A DNA stretch of 64,000 nucleotides from Octopus vulgaris (GCA_951406725.2 OX597842.1:3906001-3970000), one strand, 5' to 3'. Shown: positions 1 to 14,542, counted from the stretch's first letter. Numbers and translations are program-made. Notes: generated by a model not told the origin, from the sequence alone.

Positions 1-522
1 AGTCTGCATTAAATTTTATGAGTTGTTTTGCTTGCCACACCTCATCCCACACCCACCCACCACAAAAACCCCACACTGCACACACCATACACCACCACCT
101 ACCCCACTCCATGCCCCCCCCAGCTGAACCCCACCCCTACCCCATAACTCTTTCTATTTAGGGAAAATGTTATGGGTTTGTTTTACGTTTTTTTTTGTTT
201 TTCTCCAGCTTTGTTATTGATGGTGGTGGTGGTGGTGCTGCTGCTGCTGCTGTTGTTACTGTTATTGTTGTTGTTGTTGGTGGTGGTGGTGGTGATGAAG
301 GTGGTGTCGGTAGTTGTAAGTGTGGTGGAGGTAGTGGAAGTGATGTTGCAGTTGCTGTTATGTTGCTGCTAGTGGTTGCAGTGGTTGTGAGTTAGTGGTG
401 AGATGGTGGTTGTGGTGGTGTTCTCGGTGTGGTTGTTGTTCTTGTTGTTATTGACGTCTCTCCAGTTCGTGTAAGCTACCTGTTTTTTTTTATTTTGTGC
501 ACAGACAGACACATGCACACAC

Positions 523-719
<197 letters not shown>

Positions 720-1487
720 TGTATGTGTGGGTGTGTGGGTGTGAGCGTGTGTGTCTGTGTATGTGTGTGTATACATATTGATATAAATAAAATAAAATGA
801 GATAGATAGGGACAGAGACAGACAGACAGATAAATAAATAGACAGGCAGATGGGCAGGTAGGCAAATACATAAATTCAAATGTAAATGTGTCTCCGCTGG
901 TTTTGTTTGCTGATCGAATAACTAAATACCTCGATGAACAAATAGGACAATCCTTATAAATTGCAATTTTATTATCAGTCCGAATGAGCGTGATGCATGT
1001 TCGAACTGGGGAACAAGCTATTCACTGCGTTTTGTCACGGAATATATATCTCGGAGAATATACATCTCGACAAATGGTGTGTATACATTTTATCAGCTCG
1101 CAGCGCCACCTACCTAGACTATGAGCTACTAGCATTTCAGAGTAGTTATCTCCTCATCAGTCGCAGACACTAAGCAGATGACACTACGAAGCAGACGACA
1201 CTACGAAGCAGACGACACTACGAAGCAGACGACACTACGAAGCAGACGACACTACCAGCTGAATTAAGAGATTACCTCTCTCATGCTTTTCCAGTAACCG
1301 TACGATGACTGCAGCGCTATACGGCGGCTTACCCTAACTAAATTAACGGAGAGGCAGCTCCTCGTCCGCAGTTCCTTATAAAATCCCGACATGCAAGCAC
1401 AAGTGTGGATTGTGTCGCTCTTCTATGGGGTCTGTCATTCATGTTCAGCTACAAAATGTTGAGCTGCTACATTTCATAGCAACAATA

Positions 1488-2325
1488 TATGAGGGTGGGC
1501 TGAAAGGTTCATAGGCTGTGAAGGAGTGATGCTAGAGCGGTGAAATTTTACAAATATTAATTTCAAACCTTTCTTGTTAATAATTGCATTGTTTTTTTCC
1601 TAGTAAACTAACATCTGACTGTTCAAAAAACATTTCAAAAGTAACTGATAGTGATTCTCTTGAAAATGGATAAAATTTGGCATCATGATGTTATTAAGTA
1701 CCTTATTTCTATATTGCCCACAAGGGGCTAAACATAGAGGAGACAAACAACGACAGACAAACGGATTAAGTCGATTACATTGACCCTAGTGAGTAACTGG
1801 TACTTATTTAATCGACCCAGAAAGGATGAAAGGCAAAGTCGACCTCGGCGGAATTTGAATTCAGAACGTAACGGCAGACGAAATACCGCTAAGCATTTCG
1901 CCCACTTTGCTAACGTTTCTACCAACTCGCTACCTTTATTATTAAGTACCTGTAAGTAAAAAGGGTTTAACCCTCAATGACATTCGTACTGATATGATTG
2001 ATTCATTGGGGGCTGATGCCCCAGTTTTATCAACAGTTCGAAAGTGGGCAGCTGAATTTAAGTGGGGAACGGAAGGTCTTGAAGATGACCCAAATTCTGG
2101 AGGTCCTGCAACTGCTTCCATCGAGAAAAACATTGACCATGCTCACCACATGGTGATGGATGACAGCCGATTAGCTATAAATCAAATAGCAATGTTATTA
2201 GCATTTCCTGTGAGAGACTTGAGAATATTCTGAGCAATGAACTTGGTATGACGAAAGTTTCTGCCCGGTGGCCGCCACGTCTTCAAACACCTGACCAAAA
2301 GCGCACTGGGTTGATCACATCATCT
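1488..2325 (+). mobile_element. Decayed mariner (irritans/Himar-like) transposon, 5' part, interrupted by a SINE
   Basis: TA-flanked ITR-like start TGAGGGTGGGCTGAAAGGTTC. Translated fragments MDKIWHHDVIKYL / DMIDSLGADAPVLSTVRKWAAEFKWGTEGLEDDPNSGGP / MTKVSARWPPRLQTPDQKR (WVPR-like linker). Frameshifted. Confidence 0.85.
1704..1938 (-). mobile_element. tRNA-derived SINE (family B, Meta-domain-like core) with 13-bp target site duplication
   Basis: Minus strand has GAGGTCGACTTTGCCTTTCATCCTT..GGGTCGAT..AAGTACCAG. TTATTAAGTACCT is repeated at 1691-1703 and 1939-1951. Confidence 0.85.
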
Positions 2326-2339
2326 CTTATAGGACACAT

Positions 2340-2735
2340 GCATATCAACGTAAGGAATATTGGTGAAACATTCGTATCAAAACTTTTACCAAGCGCAAAC
2401 ATAACAGACCCGACAAAGTTATTTGGGACAGAAAATAAAAGTCATGTACAGTTATAGAGGACAGCTACTCTTCGGGTGTGAATATCTCTTCCAAAATCAG
2501 TGAGAAGGAGAATAAATATGGACAACTGCTTCAAAACTTGCAAGTCATTCTACACCGATTATAAATTCACATTTATACATATTTTCATTGGTGTTCTCGG
2601 TTATGTTAGTAAATATCTAAGCCAAAGACTAAAGAAGATAGACTTTTCAAGCAAAGTAAGAGACTCGCTAACTCATACACTTTACAAAAATGTTCTGTAA
2701 GTGAAACTGTACAAATATACAAGACTTTCTGAAAG
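2340..2735 (+). pseudogene. R4/Dong-like non-LTR retrotransposon 3' fragment (restriction-like endonuclease domain)
   Basis: Translates (with a stop and frameshift) to KHNRPDKVIWDRK*KSCTVIE...KISEKENKYGQLLQNLQ / YKFTFIHIFIGVLGYV, matching the RPD..E..K..KY pattern of REL endonucleases. Confidence 0.75.
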
Positions 2736-2938
2736 TTTGGTATGTTACAATTATCGTTCCTGTTATTCAAATTCTAGTCTGTTTGTTAGAAACCAAGTTC
2801 TCGCTGCAAAAAGAATTTTCATGAAGAAATAAAAATGAAGAAACAGACACGCATAAACACACATATATATACATACAAACATATGCAAACATTCATGAAT
2901 GGAGAGGGAGAAGAAAGAAGCAGACAGACGGACAGATA

Positions 2939-3765
2939 TTGGATCATCCCATAAAAAATGCGGATTTTGCAATTGCATGAACTAAAAGTCGGAGGGGGAT
3001 GGAATAAACTACCTGCATCAACTTGCTATAAAAGCAGGTAGTAATTTTAACTTGACTTTACTCTTAATGCTAGTTTTGAAGAGTGCAGTTCGATTTTAAG
3101 TTATTTTTTCCAAGCTATAATGGAAGTGACAAAGGAGCATATTCGGCATATTTTGCATTATGAGTTCAATAAAAACAACAATGCAATGGAACGTGCGAGG
3201 AATACTAATGCAGTATGTGGGTAGTTCCAGAAATTCCAAGCCGGAAACTACAGCCTAGAAGACGAGCCTCGTTCTGGAAAATCTGTAGAGCTCGACGAGG
3301 ACATCCTGCAGACTCTGGTGGAAGAAAATCTCATCGTAACTGTTGAGGAATTAGCAGAGAAACTTGGACTTGGCCATTCAACCATTCATCGACACCAGCG
3401 CTAGAAGAAAAACGACCATCTTTGGTTTCAAGACGAATGGTGTTCTTCTATGAGGATAATGCTCGGCCACATACAACAAGGGTGACATTCCAAAGGCTGG
3501 AGCAGTTCGAATGGGAAACATTGCCCCATCTGATTATCATTTATTCCGTAGTCTTCAAAATCATTTGAACGGAAAATATATGAATTCTGTAGAGGAGGTC
3601 AAAACAGCAGTGGAAGAGTATCTTTCGTCACGGACAAGTGAATTTTGCAAGTCTACCAGACAGAGTATATTAGAAAATGAAGGAGAGTATTTTTTAGATT
3701 AAAAAAAGAACTTTGAAAAATAAAAGAAATATAAAAATAAACGCATTCTTTATGGGATGACCCAA
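2939..3765 (+). mobile_element. Internally deleted mariner (Hsmar1/cecropia-like) with both ITRs
   Basis: ITRs TTGGATCATCCCATAAAAAATGCG / CGCATTCTTTATGGGATGACCCAA, flanked by TA. Fragments MEVTKEHIRHILHYEF, LEDEPRSG, EDNARPH, IAPSDYHLFRSLQNHL. Confidence 0.92.
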
Positions 3766-3864
3766 TATATAGGGGGGTAAATGGCAAATACAGACCGAGA
3801 GATAGATAGTTGTCAGATAGATGGGTAAAGATAAATAGATAGTTCGATCGATCGATCAATCGGC

Positions 3865-3963
<99 letters not shown>

Positions 3964-4764
3964 CAGACAGTCAGACAGACAGACATATTGACAGACAGAC
4001 ATACATACAGACAGACAGATAGATAGATTGACAGACAGATAGACAGACAGACAGTTAGACAGACAGACAGACAGATAGACAGATTGACAGACAAACAGAC
4101 AGCCAGCCAGATAGACAGACAAATAGGCAGGCAGACAGACAGACAGACAGACAGACAGGCGGCCAGGCAGTCACAGACAGATCGTCATTGTTCTTGTCGT
4201 TATTGTCGCCGTTGCTTTGTTGTTGTCGTTATGGCGCTGTTGCAGTCAATATTGTTGTCGCTAACAAAAACAGAAAAGAAAAGCAAAAACAAGAAGACAA
4301 TCACACTGCGACCACCACCACCAACACTAACAACAACAGCAACAAAGACTCTCCAAAGTGTGTCGCGGTTCACTGGGCGCCATCAGTTGTCAAACATTTC
4401 AGGAAGTGTACCCCGTGTGTATGGGATGGGTGGGTGGTGTTTAGAGGGAGACATGAATGGCCGCGAGGTGGCGTTGGTAGGGGAGATGGCGCGACCCCTT
4501 AATAAAGTCCTCTGTCTGTAAATACGTGGGAAGTGGGGGGCGTCAGCTTTCATGGGGGGAAATATATTAGTTCTGTATGAGCAATCATTTGGGTTTAACG
4601 GACTAAAAACAACAACAATAGCTTACGAAAACAACAACAACGACAATAGCTATGACGAGTCAGACTGGGCCCTTAATGTGGTTGTGCCATCTGCTAGAAA
4701 GTGTTACTAAATCTCCCTCAAATCTGTGTCTTTGGGTGAATAATATAAGACATATTCTTCTAAT

Positions 4765-4925
4765 GCAGGCGTGGCTGTGTGGTAAGAAGCTGGCTTACCA
4801 ATCTCGTGGTTCTGGGTTCAGTCCCACTGTGTGTCACCTTGAGCAAGTGTCTTCTGCTATAGCCTCGGATCGACCAAAGCCTTGTGAGTGGATTTGGTAG
4901 GCAGAAACTGGAAGAAGCCTGTCAT
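4765..4925 (+). mobile_element. tRNA-derived SINE family A, 5' half
   Basis: GCAGGCGTGGCTGTGTGGTAAGAAGC...GGTTCAGTCCCAC (A/B-box-like), followed by the body shared with the copy at 59198. Confidence 0.8.
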
Positions 4926-4958
4926 ATACATACATACATACATACATACGTACGTATA

Positions 4959-4997
<39 letters not shown>

Positions 4998-5003
<6 letters not shown>

Positions 5004-5769
5004 CAAGGGTAATCAGAGATATTAGAAATTTCCATTACCAGTTGCCTAGCGTGTAAAAATTTAGTCAATAGATTATATATTATTCATGTAAATAGTGTAC
5101 ATTTGAACACATAAGAGGTATCCATCTTAGGAATACCTGCATGCTAGAGAGAACAGTTAAATTCCAAACCACTACGAGGGGTAACATTTCGAATGGAATG
5201 AAAAATAAAAACATTACCATCTAACTCCTGGACCAATGGTTTCAGACTTTTTTTTAGCAAATAAAATAATATGCTAGGTGAAGCCTTCTTCAGCAGGTAC
5301 ACCTTAGATTAAATATATATACTCGAAGCAATCCAGTATATGCCCCGTGCTTATACATTCCAATTTTTCAAATCTATTGCGCAGGCGCAGATCCTTGTCG
5401 GCAGTAAATAAAATGCCGGTTTTTCATTTCGAAAATTTCCAGAAAAATTATTGATAATTAATAATATCAAGGGTAATCAGATATATTAGAAATTTCTATT
5501 ACCAGTGGCCTAGCATCGTAAAAATTTAGTCAATAGACTATATATTATTCATATAAATACAGTGTACATTTAAACACATAAGAGGTATCCATCATAGGAC
5601 TACCTGCATGCCAGAGAGAACAGTTAAATTCCAAACCACTATTAGGGATAAGTTATTTTATTTGCTAAAAATAGTCTGAAATCATTGGTCCAGGCGTTAG
5701 ATGGTAAATGTTTTTATGTTTCATTCCCTTCGAAATTTTATCCCTAATAGTGGTTTGGAATTTAACTGT
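4998..5769. mobile_element. Penelope-like terminal cassette (direct plus inverted repeat) next to (TA)n
   Basis: Direct repeat ~4998-5180 / ~5462-5647. The segment 5654-5769 is an inverted copy of ~5153-5270. Contains a hammerhead. Confidence 0.65.
5227..5297 (-). ncRNA. Type I hammerhead ribozyme motif, extended stem II
   Basis: CCTG-CTGAAGA-AGGCTT..(TAGCA..TGCTA)..AAGTCT-GAAA-CCATTGG-TC-CAGG. Predicted cleavage after GUC. Confidence 0.8.
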
Positions 5770-5999
5770 CTTCCACTGAGTCAACATAACTTCTTGGTCT
5801 CTTGTCCTAAAGAACATCCTGCCAGTTGCCTGCACTTTGCTGTCATCTTGGTAATGTGCATATGAAATTATGCATCATTGCACATATTGATCTCCAAGTC
5901 TTTTACTGCGTGTGACTCTGAGATTGCGGTCCCTTGCAGTCCTGTATATGTAGACTGCAGTGCGTTTATATATATTTTCATGCGAAATGTTTCCCAATT

Positions 6000-6205
6000 T
6001 GTTGATCGGAACGCTTTCGATCATAGGTCTGCCATCACAGGGATAACCTGGGGTCAAACAAGAACATCAATAACTATACAAATACTAACTACCAGACTGT
6101 ACATTAGATAACGTAGTCCTAGATACACTACATCTGAATAAAATATGAGACATATTTTATCATAGGCCTACTGTAGGACTGACCTGGGGCTAAACAATAA
6201 CAGCT
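6000..6205 (+). repeat. Degenerate copies of the ~150-bp dispersed tandem repeat
   Basis: GATCATAGGTCTG...ACCTGGGG(T/C)..AAACAA and CATTAGATAA.GTAGTCCTAGATACAC, as in the 21.7 kb and 49.6 kb arrays. Confidence 0.7.
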
Positions 6206-6609
6206 TCAGTTAGGTGATAGGAAATAAAAACAAAGGGGACCCACATGTTTCGTTTCACGCAATAAGCTGACTTTGACAGAGGGAGAATACGACTGCGATT
6301 TCTAGCAGAATCGTCTACCACTAAGGGGTTCCTGCTTTGGTGACGACTGTGTGTATGGTTTCTGTGGTTCTTTGTGGTTTGTGTGTAGCGTTGGTGTGTA
6401 AGGATATTTCAAAAACGTATTGGATAATTGAAAAAAACAAGAGGATGGTAAAACTGTCGATGAATGGTGGTGGTGGTGGTGATGTGTTGTTGTTCTTGTT
6501 AATGGACTGTCTCCCTCCGATCTCTCACCCCCATTGTATTGGCAGAAGAAGACGAGAAGGAGAGCGTTCGTATCTGGGTGTGTTTCATGCAGCTGCTCTG
6601 ATATATATG

Positions 6610-6760
<151 letters not shown>

Positions 6761-6767
6761 GCATATG

Positions 6768-6811
<44 letters not shown>

Positions 6812-6923
6812 CATATATATATGCACATATACATATATATATATATATATATGCATATATACATATATATATATATACATATATATATATGTATGTGTAT
6901 GTATACATATATATATGTGTATG

Positions 6924-6962
<39 letters not shown>

Positions 6963-7528
6963 TATATACATATACGTGTGCGTATATATGTATACAAATA
7001 TGTGCGTGCGAGTCTGAGTGTGGAGAGAGAGAGAGAGAGAGAGCAAGATCACATACACACATACGCACTCACACATGTATATACTCATCTATATCCATAT
7101 AAACATACATATACTTATCAAAAACTGTATGCATGTATGTGTATATATGTGTATCAATGTATGAATGTATATAGGTATGTATATGTATATTGATACGAAT
7201 GTATGAGTGTGTATGTATTATATATATGTACATATATATTATTTATATTATAAATATATATACGTCGATAAATGCATATATATAGAAACAGACATGCTTA
7301 TATATAGATAGATAGATTCGAAAGATAAATATACACATATATACGCACATATATATAAACGTATGCGTATATAATGTCTTAATTCAATGTTCAATTCAAA
7401 GCTCAACTTCCTATCTTCTGATGGTACACACCTTAAATCATTCATGTACACACATACAGGCATGTGTGTGTGTATACATATATATTCACTCACATATAGA
7501 GATATACACACACATATAATTATATATA

Positions 7529-7583
<55 letters not shown>

Positions 7584-7803
7584 GTATGTGCTTATACAAA
7601 CGTATATATGTATGTATATGCACACGTATATACATACATGTACGCTTATCTACAGACATGTGTGTAAGTACAATGACATGGTCTTTTATGGAATGTGGCA
7701 TGATTTAATTAACAGATTATTCCAACACAAAAGACTGTAATAGAACCAGCAGCAACATTACTACTACTACTACTAATACTAATACTACTACTACTACTAA
7801 TAA

Positions 7804-7920
<117 letters not shown>

Positions 7921-7940
7921 TGATAATGATAATAATAATA

Positions 7941-7977
<37 letters not shown>

Positions 7978-7997
7978 TAATAATAATACTGATAATA

Positions 7998-8048
<51 letters not shown>

Positions 8049-8150
8049 CTTCTGCGGCTGCTGCTGCTGATGATGATGATGATAGTGATGATGATAATAA
8101 TAATAATAATAATAATAATAGTAATGATGATAATAATAATAATATTAATC

Positions 8151-8190
<40 letters not shown>

Positions 8191-8300
8191 TAATAATGAT
8201 AATAATAATAATGATGATAATGATAATAATAATAATAATAATAATAATAGTAATAATAATAATAATAATGATAATAATAATAATAATGATAATAATAATG

Positions 8301-8354
<54 letters not shown>

Positions 8355-8651
8355 GTAATAATAATAATAAGGTTGATGATGATGATGATGATGATGATGT
8401 CAATCATACAAACGACAACAATTATGACAAAAAAATTTTGCAGTAACAATAAGAAGAATAGTAAAGACAATCATAACAACAACAACAACAATAATAATAA
8501 TAAATAATAATGATGATGATTTCTTTTCTTGGCCACGTGGGCCCAAGACATGTAGGACGATATCGATGGACGAGTTACAGCACAAAAAAGGTTACGAAAT
8601 CATGTGGGATTAAAACATCAATCAAGGAGATATACAGCCACATTAAAGGAT

Positions 8652-8736
<85 letters not shown>

Positions 8737-8739
<3 letters not shown>

Positions 8740-9292
8740 TGCCCTGATGCAGTACCAGTCATTGGCTCTCATGGCTTCTGATCTTAACTGATTGGAAGTG
8801 TTATCATGTACATTGTTTTGTCTTGGTATAAAAGATGGGCTACAGCAAATATTCTGCTCAATACCACAGATTTGTTTGTCAGTTGTCTGACCTTAACCAG
8901 TTGAGCATGTCCCCAAGTGGCTGACGATATGTGCATCTCTGATCACGAGCAGAAGTAGTGGGGGAGCATCATAGCCGTGTGTTGAGAGGGATTCTTTGGG
9001 GTTTGGATAATTCACCTTTGGAAACATGGGTGGTTCTTTCAACATCCTTAAACAACCCTTATTCAGGGACCTTTTGAGTGGGATGGGCTACTCAACCTGA
9101 AGAAAATTCTAACTGGGCCCCACCTGCAAGGTCATGTGCTGTTTATCTTGATATGAGATCATCATGTCGACATTGTTGTGATGCATGTACCAGGTGTACC
9201 CTTATCAGACGGGTAGTCATGATGGGTATACTGGGCTTCGTATTATTTTACCCAAGTGTCACTTTGATGGCATGAACTGCTCTCTCACTCAA
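8737..9292. mobile_element. ~555-bp interspersed element inserted in an (AAT)n tract
   Basis: Complex sequence sharply bounded on both sides by (AAT)n, with no credible ORF. Family not assigned. Confidence 0.55.
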
Positions 9293-9314
9293 TAATATTA
9301 ATAATAATAATAAT

Positions 9315-9390
<76 letters not shown>

Positions 9391-9419
9391 GTAATAATGA
9401 TTTCATTTATTTTCCACAA

Positions 9420-9822
9420 GGGCGAAAGACAAGGGGGACAATACAAAGACAGACAGTGTGAGGGTTTACATATAATGAAATGGTTAAAAAAAGAAGTATA
9501 CGCGGTATACAATGAAAACGAAGGGACACATGTATAGCATACAAAGGTTTTAGAAAAAAGTGGCGGAGAGAATGATAGAGACATGGCCCTCCTGACACAG
9601 GAAGGCTTCAAGGGATAATCGAGGAACCCTACAGTCCGAGATTTCCCTGAAACTCCAAGAGCAAGTGCCCTCTCCAATCCCTTCTAAGAGAGGTACCATC
9701 CACTCTTGCCATTTTCGCAACTTTCGCCCACCTTTGAATAAACTCACTCGAGGATAGCACCCCCCCTCTCTACTCTCCCAATTTCCTTTTCAAGTGAAAC
9801 TTGTAGAAGTCAATGAGAGCTC
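9420..9822 (-). pseudogene. Tx1/L1-like LINE 3' end remnant
   Basis: Minus strand gives ALIDFYKFHLKRKL.....LSSSEFIQRWAKVAKMARVDG, homologous to the 33.4-33.7 kb fragment. Confidence 0.6.
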
Positions 9823-9837
9823 TAATAATAATAACAA

Positions 9838-9884
<47 letters not shown>

Positions 9885-9933
9885 TTATAATAATAATAAT
9901 AATAATAAAAACAACAACAACATCAATAATAAC

Positions 9934-10001
<68 letters not shown>

Positions 10002-10029
10002 CAACAACAACAACATCAACAACAATAAC

Positions 10030-10102
<73 letters not shown>

Positions 10103-10767
10103 GTAATAGTAATAGTTTTTAAATGTAAAAAAAATATCCAATATAATTACAAAATTCCCCCGAAAGACACAAAAGCATAGGAAAAGTAAGAGAGAATATA
10201 TAAAAGTAAAAGGGTGTGCGATGGGGAAGGGCATGGCTGGTGTCTATAGATTCGGTGATAAAAAGAAATAAAGAGAAACTACGTGTAGAGGGTGTGTGGG
10301 TAGTGTAGGGGAGGGGATATGGGTGGAGTGTGGGAACTGGTGGGAATTGAAACCGTGTTTAGTGACCCCGAAATTGCCATCATTGTTCGGTAAATGACAT
10401 GTCCCAACCAGAATCAAAGCGAGCATAACCGCCGCCGCCACCGCCGTAACCCCGCTTCAACACCTCCGCCATAACAACACCATCCGTCCATATATTCCCA
10501 TACCTCTATGCATCCGTATAGCACAGGCAAAGGGACAGACAGACAGACAGACAGACAGACAAGCGTAGACTTAAAATATGTTTTTGTCGAGTTCTTTTTC
10601 TTGTTTTTTTCTTTTTGCTACCCCAACTTCCATTATCACCAATCCCGACAGTAACAACGTCAACAACAATAGCGACAAGATTTACAACTTTGCTAGAAAT
10701 AGCAGTGCAGGTCTGCTTCAAATCACGCCATACTATCTTATGTATGTTTATCTATCTATCTGTCTAT

Positions 10768-10838
<71 letters not shown>

Positions 10839-10869
10839 CCTGCCTGTCTGTCTGTCTGTCTGTCTGTCT

Positions 10870-10932
<63 letters not shown>

Positions 10933-10943
10933 ATATATGTGTA

Positions 10944-11320
10944 GACGTAGGAGTGGCTGTGTGGTAAGTGCTTACCAACCACATGGTTCTGGATTTGGTC
11001 CCACCGTGTGGTACCTTGGACAAAGTGTCTTCTACTCTAGCCTCGGGCCGACCAAACCTTGAGTGGATTTGGTAGACGGAAACTGAAAGAAGCCTGTTGC
11101 ATATGTGTGTGTGTGTGTGTGTATGTGTTTGTTCCCCACAGCATCGTTTGACGACCGATGCTGGTGTGTTTTCGTCCCCGTAACTTATCGGTTCGGCCAA
11201 AGAGACCAATAGAATAAGTAGTAAGCTTACAAAGAATAAGTCCTGGGGTCGATTTTCTCGACCAAAGGTTATGCTCCAGAATGGCCACAGTCACATGACT
11301 GAAACAAATAAGAAATGAAA
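10944..11320 (+). mobile_element. SINE family A, near full length
   Basis: tRNA-like head, internal (TG)n, 3' CAGTCACATGACTGAAACAA tail. Confidence 0.85.
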
Positions 11321-11360
11321 AATGTGTGTGTGTGAGTGCGTGTATGTATATATATGCGTA

Positions 11361-11429
<69 letters not shown>

Positions 11430-11430
11430 G

Positions 11431-11485
<55 letters not shown>

Positions 11486-12697
11486 AATATAAATGATATG
11501 TAAATATACGCATATATACATACATATATGTACATACCTACATATGTATGAATATATACATGCATATATGGGTACAGGACATCAAAAAAACGTTGAACAC
11601 AATATTTCATCTACTTTACTTGTTTCAGTGATTTGACTGCGGTCATGTTGGGGTACATGTATAACATAATATATTAAAGTGTTCTTCTCAGCAACCGCAG
11701 TGGATCTGCATCCAAATACACTATGAATACCCGCTGCGGACGATGCAAACAGCCATAATGGCGAAACGGGCGTAGGAAACAAACGGTATTAAATGCATGT
11801 TGCGTTTATTTTATTTTCTCTAAATATACATAGTAAATGAGTTAATAGATTTATAACTCATAGTGGTCAGTAACAGGTACTGAACATCAAAGAGGAATAA
11901 GGTTATATTTAATAACATACGAGATGAGTTTTTGCTTCGGGAGGCGGCCGTAGTTACAAACTTCACATCACAAGCTGATATGATCTCACAAAAAAAAAAA
12001 AAAGAAAAAGAAAATTAATCTAAATTTGCCAAAGAAAGAAACATAAGAGAAATCTAACGTTTCGGGGAATGCACCTTATCATAGTAAAAGCATTAAGAGC
12101 GGCAAGAGAATTTGAAAAATGTATGATACCAAATTTTTGGCGTCTTTTCACATGGTACTTCCGACGGGGGTGGATGTTTGTATTTGTGTGTGTGTGTGTG
12201 TGTATGTGTGTGTGTGTGTGTGTGTGTTGTGCGTGCGTGTGTGTGTGTGTGTTTGTATTATATACAAGAATTGGGAAGACAAAAGAATCAGCAATTATTT
12301 TATGAACTTCATTATCTTACGTCTGTTTCTACTATGAGATGAAATGCACTAAAAGCTAAATGCTTCTATAGCCCTTGACTAACCGGTAACTACTGCGTTG
12401 TTAGTGAATTTGGGAGATGGAAATTGTACAGAAGCCTGATGTGTGTGTGTGTATATACATATATGGTTTGTCTCTGTGTGCTTCTGGATGTATTTCTGTG
12501 ATTATCAAACCATCACTGAACAATCGGTGTTCCTATGTTTACGTTCTCGTAACTAACGGTGTCAGCGAAAGGAATCTAACGTGTATCGAGGGGTAATTTG
12601 TCTGATAAAGCCAGGAAAGTGGTGCTGCAACATGGGTAAAGCAATAAAACAATGTGCATGTGGACTATATACGTGTTTGTGTGTGTCTGTGTATGTG

Positions 12698-12746
<49 letters not shown>

Positions 12747-13182
12747 GTGTTTGTGTGTATGTATGTATGTATGTATGTATAAAATGTATGCACACATACA
12801 TATATGTATATATGTGATTGTTCATATACAGTACACACGCATATGGATATGTATACATACGCTTAAATCAGTGTCTGCCTGTGTGTATATATATATAGAG
12901 ACAGAGACACATAGCCACGTACAGGCGTGGCCAAACCCACGTACCTATATGTAATTTCTTGGTATACATGTCCACACACAATGCACATAAATATTGCCAC
13001 ATATACATAGGTTTCCAGTTAAGCATATACACACTAACATAAATGGATGGGTGAGGGGGTATATTTATAAAGTACAATATAATATAACAATATATATATA
13101 TATATATGCCATATATAAATATATGTAAATGTACAGATAGATAGATAGATAGGTAGGTAGATAGATAGATAGATAGATAGAT

Positions 13183-13224
<42 letters not shown>

Positions 13225-13976
13225 TTTTGACTCAAAATGTTTATATTCTATTTATGGCTGCACATATGAAGCTGTGTGTGTGTGTGTGTGTGGTTGTGTA
13301 TGTGCATATATGTGTACATTGTTATTGTTATTATCCAAACATCAGAGAAGCCGCCTTCAAAGCAACTCCACCTTGACTCCAGAGGCAGGCCGGCAAGCAA
13401 CGACCAGTGTTTGCTTAGGCTTCAACTCGACTGATGCTTACGGTATGTGCGGCATTTCACTGAGATACTATGTTACTAGGTGCGGCTGGTCGTAAACAGG
13501 TGTTGCAGACATTCATATTGTAAAAATAGGGGGAAATCCTAAGGGACCCCGACGGGGTCCCCTACCCATCACCTTCCCTATTTATCAGCTCAAGTCGAAA
13601 CAATACTCTTCTACTAGAAACTCCACGGGATTTCAGAGAAACAATGTTTGTTTTTTATTTGTGTGTGTATGCATAGTGTATATGTGCTTGTGTGTGTGTG
13701 TGTGTACGTCTGTGTGTGTATGCGTTTGTTTGTGTGTGTGTGCCTGTGTGTGTGTGACCATGTGTGTGTGGTTGTGTGTGCGTGTGTGTTTGTGCTTACC
13801 TCTTCCAATCCCTTATCGTCCTTGCTCTCTTCTCCGGTTAACGTAATACTGACGATCGCCTGTTGCCATGTGTTGAAACTGGGGGTGAAACGGTGGCATA
13901 AGGTTAAATCAATAGTTACTAGAGAACATAATAGTAAAACACATACACACACAGACGTTCATGTATCTGTATGTTT

Positions 13977-14072
<96 letters not shown>

Positions 14073-14383
14073 GGGGGTGAAAATAGAATAAGAGAGAGTG
14101 AGAAAGAAGTACTGAAATATAATGACATGCATGTATATGAACGTATGTAAAGTCCTCATACACACACACATATATATATATGTGTGTGAGTGTGTTTGTG
14201 TGTGTGTATAGTCACAATGGGGATATTTAACCCTCTAATAGGGATATTAATAATGGGGATGTTAATTAATACATTAATTTGTATCCATTAGATCACTCTA
14301 GGTTTTAACTCAATAATAACGTTTCATAGTTTACGATATATATAATACTTACACACTCACACACACACACACATATATATAAA

Positions 14384-14420
<37 letters not shown>

Positions 14421-14482
14421 TATGCAGATTGAGATATATAGATATAACAATATATACCAATATATAGATATAGCAATATTTA

Positions 14483-14542
<60 letters not shown>

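Noticed and set aside
11730-11785. GCC-ATAAT-GGC-GAAAC-GGGC-GTA hammerhead-like 3' half
   Set aside because: No proper CUGANGA and no stem I complement.
13845-13910. CTGACGA...GAAAC
   Set aside because: Stems I-III do not pair convincingly.
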